Shown here one piece after another: positions 39,463 through 47,000 of a stretch of 64,000 nucleotides of DNA; position 1 is the stretch's first letter, and every line of letters begins with the position of its first letter. A program made the position numbers and the translations under genes. This DNA comes from Acidimicrobiales bacterium (GTDB taxonomy: Bacteria; Actinomycetota; Acidimicrobiia; Acidimicrobiales; CATQHL01). The DNA lies in assembly GCA_965206165.1 (NCBI GenBank), contig OZ242194.1:1845813-1909812 (forward strand), in the 5' to 3' direction. The notes under the pieces are model-generated. The model was given only the letters and a program-made list of their open reading frames with translations. It did no database searches and was not told the DNA's origin.

Positions 39463-40224
39463 TCAGCGGGTGGTCTTGGCGCGGGCGTCGGCGAGGAGGC
39501 CGCCGATGGCCATCTGCAGGGTGGGGACGTCGATGATCACGGTCATCAGGCGGAAGCCCTCGTCGACGCGGCGCTCTACGAGGTCGACGTTCGTGTGGAT
39601 GCCCGGGACGACGCCGTGGCGCCGGCACGAGTCGACGACCTTGGCCAGGGCCTCGCTGAACGCCGGATGATCGTTGTGCAGCCCGGGTCCTCCAACGCCC
39701 ATCGAGACGGCCAGATCCGACGGCCCGACGTAGACGGCATCGATCCCAGGGGTCGCCAGGATGTCGTCGATGTTGGCGACGGCCTCCGCGGTCTCGATCA
39801 TGGGGATGCACAGCACGTAGTCGTCGACGCCCTCGAAGTAGTCGGGCCTGCCGATGCGGACCCGGGTGGGGCCGACGCTGCGGCGCCCCACGGGCGCGTA
39901 GCGGCAGGAGGCGACGGCAGCGTCGGCGTCAGCGGCGGTGTTGACCATGGGGATGATCACGCCCCCGGCGCCGAGGTCGAGCATCCGCCCGATGATGCCC
40001 GGCTCGTTCCACGTCACCCGTGCGAAGGGCACGCTGTTGCCCAACTCGATGGCACCGAACATCGCTAGGGCGTCGGCGTAATCCACCATGCCGTGCTGCA
40101 CGTCGACGCAGGCGTAGTCGAAACCGGCTCGTCCGATGATTTCGGCGGTGACCGCCGAGGGGATGGACAGCCACGCCCCGATGGTGCACTCGTCGTTGTT
40201 CCACTTCTCTCGGAGAGGGTTCAT
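39463..40224 (-). CDS. HpcH/HpaI aldolase family protein
   Basis: DVQHG, LDLGAGGVIIPMV, MIET, YVGPSDL. Confidence 0.9.
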   Translation of the reverse strand: MNPLREKWNNDECTIGAWLSIPSAVTAEIIGRAGFDYACVDVQHGMVDYADALAMFGAIELGNSVPFARVTWNEPGIIGRMLDLGAGGVIIPMVNTAADADAAVASCRYAPVGRRSVGPTRVRIGRPDYFEGVDDYVLCIPMIETAEAVANIDDILATPGIDAVYVGPSDLAVSMGVGGPGLHNDHPAFSEALAKVVDSCRRHGVVPGIHTNVDLVERRVDEGFRLMTVIIDVPTLQMAIGGLLADARAKTTR

Positions 40225-40309
40225 CTGCTCGGACTTTCTGCTCGCCGGTTGTCGGAGATTCGCTGCTGCGGGTGCCGGCACGGCGATGGGTCACCGGTCC
40301 CGGCGGTGC

Positions 40310-41140
40310 TCACCGCCCGCCCGCTGCCTGCGCCACCCGCAGGGCGCGGTAGCCGATCCTGATGACGCCGGTGCGTTCCAGCACCTTGGGGATGGAGGCA
40401 GAGTGGACGAGCAACTCGTGTTGGGCGACCCAGTCGTCCCAGCCGGGGTGCGCCGCCCGCAATTCGGGCGTCTCGATGCCGGGGTTCACGACGAGTTCGG
40501 TCACACCGGGTTCGATCTCCGCGAGGGTCTGCTCCAGCGCTTCGGCGGTGCGTGGGCGCAGCACGCGGTCGGGGCTCAGCACGCCGTGCTCTTCGGCCCG
40601 CCGGCGGAACGGGAACCCGTAGATCGACTCCGTTTGTCCGCTGTGGAGGCGTAGCGGGAGGTTGAAGTCCACGGCCAGTTCCAGGTACACGTCGAAGAAT
40701 TCGGGCCGCGCATTGAGGGAGTCGAGGTACGTGCCCAGATGGTCGACGTCGAAGCCCCACAGGATGGCCCGCTCGATCTGCGCTCGGCATTCCCGCCGCA
40801 CCTCGTCGGTGTCGGCGTGGTCCCACAGGTCGCCGGCGGTCCGGGGAAACCCGCCGTCGCCGTCCAGCAGCGAGGGTGCAAGCGTGATGGGACCCCACCG
40901 GTACTTGTCGAATGGCGAGTTGAGCGTGAGGTTGACGCCGACATCCTCACCTCGATAGGCGGCGGCCGCCTCCCTGGCCCAGGGACAGGGCACCATGAGC
41001 GAGGCGCTGGTTCCGATGCCGGAGCGCAGCACGTCGTAGGCGCCGACGTTCGTGGCGTGCGCGCAACCGAGGTTCTCGCAGGTGATGATGAGGAGCCTCG
41101 AGCCGGGGGAATAGCCGAGCCGTTCGACCAGCGTCGTCAC
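40310..41140 (-). CDS. ChbG/HpnK (YdjC-like) deacetylase family protein
   Basis: RLLIITCENLG, TSASLMVPCPW, GVNLTL, ECRAQIERA; several metal ligands appear substituted. Confidence 0.8.
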   Translation of the reverse strand: MTTLVERLGYSPGSRLLIITCENLGCAHATNVGAYDVLRSGIGTSASLMVPCPWAREAAAAYRGEDVGVNLTLNSPFDKYRWGPITLAPSLLDGDGGFPRTAGDLWDHADTDEVRRECRAQIERAILWGFDVDHLGTYLDSLNARPEFFDVYLELAVDFNLPLRLHSGQTESIYGFPFRRRAEEHGVLSPDRVLRPRTAEALEQTLAEIEPGVTELVVNPGIETPELRAAHPGWDDWVAQHELLVHSASIPKVLERTGVIRIGYRALRVAQAAGGR

Positions 41141-41182
41141 AGGACCGACCCTATCCGGCTGCCCGATGTTCCTGCGCGGCCC

Positions 41183-41824
41183 TCAACTCTCCAGCGGTGT
41201 GTCCGCGCCGCCGCAGGCCGCCCAGAGCCCCAGGCTCTCGGCGCGTGCCGCTTCGACGGCGGCTGAGAATTGCGTGGTGTAGTCGCTGTTGGGCGGGATC
41301 GACAGCGCCGCGGCGTAGCCCTCCCGTGCCAGCGCCATGTTCACGAACAACCCGTCGGAGGCGCGGTGGATGTACGCCAGCAGGCGGTCGTAGACGTCGC
41401 GCGTCTCCGCCCCGCCGGTCAGCAGTACCGGCGTGCCGGGTGGCAGGAGCGCGCTGGTGAAGGCGGTGGCCTCGGCGCCGAAGCACTCCGCGGGCAGGTA
41501 GCCGCCGGGCTTCTCGGGCGTGTCGATCCCGATGAGCCGCACGCTCTCGGTGCGGCCCCCCTCGAAGACGGCGACGACGGTGTCGCCGTCGACCACACGC
41601 TGGATCTCGGCGCGTGCAGCGGCCGGCGGCATGCCGAAGAGCGATGTCGGGTGGCGCGATCTGATTGCTTGGGGGTCGATGGCGGCCAGCACCACGCCGG
41701 CCGTATCCGGGGTCTCGTCTGACACCGTGCGGGTACCGGCTCCGCACGAGATGCACAGCAGGCCTGCCAGTGCGAGGAGACCGAGGAGTATCGGTCTGAG
41801 CCGCCCCTCGCCCCCGGTGCTCAC
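41183..41824 (-). CDS. Thermonuclease (SNase) family lipoprotein
   Basis: VVDGDT, VRLIGIDTPE, DVYDRLLAY, ARAESLGLW; lipobox-like CISC. Confidence 0.9.
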   Translation of the reverse strand: MSTGGEGRLRPILLGLLALAGLLCISCGAGTRTVSDETPDTAGVVLAAIDPQAIRSRHPTSLFGMPPAAARAEIQRVVDGDTVVAVFEGGRTESVRLIGIDTPEKPGGYLPAECFGAEATAFTSALLPPGTPVLLTGGAETRDVYDRLLAYIHRASDGLFVNMALAREGYAAALSIPPNSDYTTQFSAAVEAARAESLGLWAACGGADTPLES

Positions 41825-42027
41825 GCTGCCGGCTGCGCGTTGGCGGAGCGCCGGCCGGGCGGTCCGGTGGTCAGTCGGCGTGCCCGCAGGATGGCGCGTG
41901 CTTCTGCGACGCGACGGCGCCCGATGGCACGGGTCTCCTCGTCGAGCACCCACGCGGGACGGTGGGCGAGACCGTCGGTGGGCGGCCGAGCCTCTGGTTC
42001 GTGAAAGAGCAGTAGTTGTGGACTCAT
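41821..42027 (-). CDS. Small hypothetical protein
   Basis: WVLDEETRAIGRRRVAEARAIL; leaderless-type start; GTGA coupling to the nuclease gene. Confidence 0.65.
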   Translation of the reverse strand: MSPQLLLFHEPEARPPTDGLAHRPAWVLDEETRAIGRRRVAEARAILRARRLTTGPPGRRSANAQPAA

Positions 42028-42033
42028 GTTCTC

Positions 42034-42055
42034 ATTCTGGCCAGAGGGTGTGACA
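42034..42055 (-). promoter_or_regulatory. PafBC/RecA-ND-like promoter TGTCAC-N10-CAGAAT
   Basis: Same architecture as 50127-50148; -10 lies 6 nt from ATG. Confidence 0.5.
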
Positions 42056-42271
42056 GTGCTCCGAACAGGAGAAACGCAAGGACCAGAGCCGCCGGCTCTG
42101 TGCCGCCGTCGAGGATCGAGGAAGCTGAGCGCTAGCCAGCAGGAAGGTCGAAATAATACCCACTGTAGCTATATGAAAGACACCGTAACGTATATCTATC
42201 CGGTGGCGGTTGCAGTTGGCCCTGGCACTCGCGGGCGGGCGCCTTGGATTGTGCTCAGCAGTCCTCGGGGA

Positions 42272-44044
42272 TCACGGTTCCAGATGCCAGGTCGGAAGTC
42301 GCTGGATCGAGTCCATGATCCCCTCTCCCGAGAACGTGACGGTGAGAGTCTCGGTGGCGCGCGTCATGCCGACGTACAGCAGGCGCCGCCGCAGCTCGTC
42401 CCGCGCCTTCTCGTCGTCCTCCCGTACCCAGACGTGATTGGCCCCACCCACGATGACGTGTCGGAACTCCAGCCCCTTCAGCAAGTGCAATGTGGCGACG
42501 CGAATCCTGCCGGTGGCGATGGCGCCCTTGTCCTTGCTCCGCCGGGCATCGACCGTGTCCGGGACCTGGCTCACGACCTCCTCGCGCAACTCCGACGATC
42601 CGGACAGGATGACGATGTGATCCGGCTCTGCGCCGGCGGTGCGCAGTTCCCGGACCCGGTCGGCGATGGTCCTCGCCTCGGCTCTGAGATCGGCACAGGC
42701 GAGCATCGGTGTAATCCGTCCGTGGCGGATCGCATCCTCGGGCATGACGAGCAGGTCCAGATCGTCGGACTGGATATCTTCCGGTCCCGTCGCGTCGGGG
42801 ATCCGCAATATCTCCAGAGCCGGGTTGAGGATCTCGCGAGTGTTGCGATAGTTGGTTCGGAGGACGGTGCTGCGGCCCTGGGCGGTCCTGTCCGGTGGAT
42901 TCCAAGTCATGCTTCGCTGGTAGACCTTCTGGGCGCTGTCCAGAGCGATCACGAAGTTGTCCCGATCCCGCTTCAGCATCGCCCACGCCAGATCGAGCCC
43001 CGACGCCCCCATGTCCTGCGCCTCGTCGACCACGATCATGTCGAACCGATCCGAGTCGCCGAACCGGAGAGCGACGTCCCGAGCCTGCCGCCTGCGTGCT
43101 TCGAAGTCCGGGTTCTTCTCGCGGGCGACCTCGCCGTCAGCGTCCTGCAGCAGTCCGTGAGCCAGGCTGTCAACGGTCTTGGCGTCCACGTTCTCGAGAT
43201 GCTCGACCTCCTTGCCGAGCGCGAACGACAGAGCCCGGTTGTAGCAGAGCAGGAGGATGCGCCAGTCGGGAAAGTGCTCCCCGAAGTGCTTCGCTCGGTG
43301 GGTGAGGATGAGGGTCTTGCCGCTGCCCGCGACGCCCCGGATCAGCCGGTAGCCGCCGCCGAGGTGCCGGGCGAGTCGCTCCTGTTTGCGGTCCAGAGCG
43401 CGGACCTCTTCGGCATCATCGAGAGCGCGGAACATCAGCGCCTGTTGCGACGCACCTCCGATGACGATGTCGGGCTTGACGGTCGCCCGGACGCCTGTTT
43501 CCTCCTGCGCGCTCAACGGTTGCATCCAACTGCCCATGATCCGGTGCAGCGCCGGCCGCAAGCCCTCGGCTGAGAAGTCCTCCTCGGTCAGCACACGGAG
43601 GGGCTCCTCAGAGGGCAAATCCTCGCGGCGCGCCCCGGGGAGAGCCAGCACGTGCACGACCGGGAGGGCGCGCGCTGGTCCTGCATTCAGGCCGCGTCGC
43701 AACTCCATGGCGCGCTGACCGATGGCCTGTCGCAGAGGCTCGGCCTCCAGCCTCCGGTTACGCAGGAGGTGTCGGCGAGTCCGGGTCACCGTTGGCGCTT
43801 CCAGCACGGCGATGCCGGCCTCGGGGTCCAACAACACGAGATACGGCTCGAAGTCGCCGCCGGATGCCGCTGTACCGGCCGGGTCGAACTCGCGCCGCAG
43901 TGCCGCAGTGTCGCCGTCGCCGGTCCTCTCCAGCCACACGGTCACATCGTCGGGCAGCAGGTCGCGCAGCAACTTGGCGACCACCTGCACGCGGTCCGGG
44001 AGGTCGTTACGACTCGGAATGTTCTGCGGCTGGAGAAAGGCCAT
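42272..44044 (-). CDS. SF1/UvrD-like helicase with degenerate N-terminal NERD-like domain
   Basis: Walker A GVAGSGKT, LCYNRAL, Walker B VVDEAQD, DSAQKVY, LRTNYRNT, KGLEF, LYVGMTRA. Confidence 0.88.
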   Translation of the reverse strand: MAFLQPQNIPSRNDLPDRVQVVAKLLRDLLPDDVTVWLERTGDGDTAALRREFDPAGTAASGGDFEPYLVLLDPEAGIAVLEAPTVTRTRRHLLRNRRLEAEPLRQAIGQRAMELRRGLNAGPARALPVVHVLALPGARREDLPSEEPLRVLTEEDFSAEGLRPALHRIMGSWMQPLSAQEETGVRATVKPDIVIGGASQQALMFRALDDAEEVRALDRKQERLARHLGGGYRLIRGVAGSGKTLILTHRAKHFGEHFPDWRILLLCYNRALSFALGKEVEHLENVDAKTVDSLAHGLLQDADGEVAREKNPDFEARRRQARDVALRFGDSDRFDMIVVDEAQDMGASGLDLAWAMLKRDRDNFVIALDSAQKVYQRSMTWNPPDRTAQGRSTVLRTNYRNTREILNPALEILRIPDATGPEDIQSDDLDLLVMPEDAIRHGRITPMLACADLRAEARTIADRVRELRTAGAEPDHIVILSGSSELREEVVSQVPDTVDARRSKDKGAIATGRIRVATLHLLKGLEFRHVIVGGANHVWVREDDEKARDELRRRLLYVGMTRATETLTVTFSGEGIMDSIQRLPTWHLEP

Positions 44045-44049
44045 GTGCG

Positions 44050-47000
44050 TCAGCGTTGCCCCAGGAACCGGAGTCCCTCGTCGGTGATCCGCAGCGTCTC
44101 GTAGGAGGTGCCGGGCTCGTACTCGGCATCCGCTTCCGCTACCCGCCCTTCATCGATCAGATTGCCGATGATCTTCTCGGCGCCGTCCTCACCGAGCAGG
44201 CGGAGCCGCCCGAATGTGGGGTGCGCGGCGAGTCGCGCCGGCAGACCGTGTTGCGAGGAGTCGGTTCCCAGAAGGGTGCGCACCAGGTTCCGGCGCGAAT
44301 ACCGCGCCCGGTCGCGGGATGTGTCCGCCACGAGTTGCAGGACGATCCGGCGCACGGGCAGGGCTTCCACCAGAGCCTCGCGAGTGAGGCGACTCCCTTC
44401 CCAGGGCCGGTCCAGGTCGGTGCAGCCGTCGCAGCGCCCGCATCGCTCGGGGTTGTCCCGCCCCGTATCGTCGTCCCAACCCAGGTACGCCAGCAGCGCA
44501 CGGCGGCGGCACCGCGGCCCGCCGGCGGCGAACTCACGGCGAGGGCGGGATCGTCCGGCCCCGGTCTGCCCGGAGCACTCTCGAAGGCTCCGCATCTCGG
44601 CGAATCCCTTGGCCAGGCGGGACTGTTCGACCACGACCGCTCGACGCCGCTCCGCCGTCTCCTCGATTGCGGTCCAGTTCGGTTCATGGCCGCGTTGACG
44701 CTCCAGTACCCAGGCGTGCCTCCAGGCGGTGAATCCGATGATGTCCTGCCGGTTCAGTTCCAGCAGGTCGGCTGCTATCGCATCGGGCGGTCGCTGCAGG
44801 GTCCTCGACCATTCCTCGGCGCGGTACTCGTCGCTGCCGCTGCGTTCGACGAGCCGCACGATGCCACGAGCTCGCTCGGCGAGAGGCGGATCGGTGGCCG
44901 CCAACCGCTCGACGAGCGCACCGGTGTCGTCCACGATCGCGACGCGCCCCCGCCACGGGGTGTTGAGGTGGCGGCGCAGACCGGTATCGGCCCGCGGGGA
45001 ATCACCATCTGTCTGCAGGTAGTGGATCGCCAGCGCCACGTCCACGCCTTCCCGGTCGGCGTCGTCGACCCCGTCGGCGAGTTGATCGGGGTCGTAGGCG
45101 TGGGTTCCGACCTCGATCCGGTTCCACACGGCCTGCACCCTCGCCGTCTCGGGCGCTGCGTTACCGATGACGAGCCGGTGGATCGAGCAGTCACGCGGCG
45201 TCCGTAGGAGCACCGCGGTGCCGGCGCTGCGGCCCGTGCCGATGGCGCCGCGGGCGGCCCGGCCGGTCTCCTGGACGTACTCCTCGATGGTGGCGGGCAT
45301 TTCGAGGTGGACGATCAGCGCGATGTCGGGCTTGTCGATGCCCATGCCGAACGCCTTCGTGGCCACGACCACGTCCACGTCGCCGTGACGGAAGGCGTCC
45401 TCGATGTGTTGGCGTGCCGGCTGCTCCATGCCGCCGTGGTAGGGCCGTGCCGAGTGGCCCGCTGCACCCAGCAACCCGGCGATGCGGGTGGTGTCCTTGC
45501 GGGTGGGCACGTAGACGATGGCGGCCCGGGACCGGAACGCCTCGACCACCTGCGAGACGCGCAGATCCCTGTCCTCGCGATCAGCGCAGGGTTCGACGTA
45601 GTAGAGGATCTCGGGCCGGTCGGGGGAGAGGGCGACGGGCTCAGCGTCTCCGGATCGCAGTTCCAGCAGCCGCCTGATCTCGTTGCGGACCTTCGGTGTG
45701 GCGGTCGCGGTGACCGCCAGAGTGGGTGGCCGGTTGGCCCCCATGCGAGCCAGCGCCCGGGGAATGGCCGTGTACTCGGGGCGGAAGGAGTGGCCCCACT
45801 GGGAGATGCAGTGCGCCTCGTCCACCGCAATCCGGGCGACGCCGATCTGCGCGAGGGTCTCCACGAACTCCTGCGACCACAGTCGCTCGGGGCTGATGTA
45901 CAGCAACTTGTAGTCGCCGCGTGCCGCACCCTGCAGTACCGCGCGCCACTCGCCCAGCGGGACGCCGCTGTGAATGGCCGCAACGGTCGTGACGCCGCGG
46001 GTACGGAGGTTCTCGACCTGGTCGTTCATGAGGGCGGTGAGTGGCGAAATCACGAGCGTCAGGCCGGGCGACAGCAGCGCGGGGATCTGGAAGGTGATCG
46101 ACTTGCCCGAACCTGTCGGCAGCACCGCCAGGGTGTCGTCGCCGCGGATGAAACGCCGCATCGTCTCGAGCTGGCCGGGGCGCCAGTCGTCGAACTCGAA
46201 CCGTTCCCGCACCCTGCCGAGCCGCTCGGAGATCTCGGCGGTGTCGGTGAGGTCGCCCTCGGTCAACTCCATCCGTGCGACATCGGCCCAGGGGTCGGCG
46301 CTCGCCACCGCCTCGAGTCGCCCCCGCATCTCGTCGTCGTAGGTGACATCGCCGAGGTGCCCGGCGATCAGCTCGTAGGCCTGGTCGGCGCGGATGGCCC
46401 GTTCCCGTCGGGGCGGTCCGGGCAGTGTGCCGAGAATCCGGTCGCGGTACGGGACGGCGCGGCACAGCCGGTTGTCCAGCACGACGGTGACGCCGCGATC
46501 CTGCTCGGTCCTGATGAGCCGTCCGACCCCTTGCGCGAACCGGAGTGCCGCCCGCGGGACGACATAGTCGGCGAAAGGATCCTTACCCCGGAGTTCCATC
46601 GCCTCCATGCGGGCGCCGACGACGGGGTCGGCGGGCGAGTCGAACGGGATCTTCTCGATGATCAGCATGCTGAGCGCCTCCCCGGGGACGTCGACGCCCT
46701 CCCAGAACGACCGTAGGGCCAGCAGGCTGGTTGCCCGTTCGGCCCGCATGCGATCCACGAGCGCGGGGGCGGAGTCGTCGCCCTGGGCCAGAAGGGGGAT
46801 GCCGTGGTTCTCAACGAATGGCCGTGCGTGGTCCCGGACGAATTGCAGGCGGGTTCGGGCGGTCATGAGGCCCAAGCCTCGTCCCCCGGTGAGGATGAGC
46901 AGCCGGGGGATTTCCCGTGCGGCGGACGCGGTGAATTCCTCCATGAGCCGCGCCCGGGGAGCGGGCAGATAGTCGGTCAGCAGCAGCAGGTGGTTCTCTC

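Noticed and set aside
41183-41824. Thermonuclease as effector of the helicase system
   Set aside because: It has a lipoprotein-type signal and is coupled to a different small gene with its own promoter.
42121-42270. AT-rich patch downstream of the helicase operon as an ncRNA or att site
   Set aside because: No convincing stem and no matching repeat at the other end of the islet found by eye.
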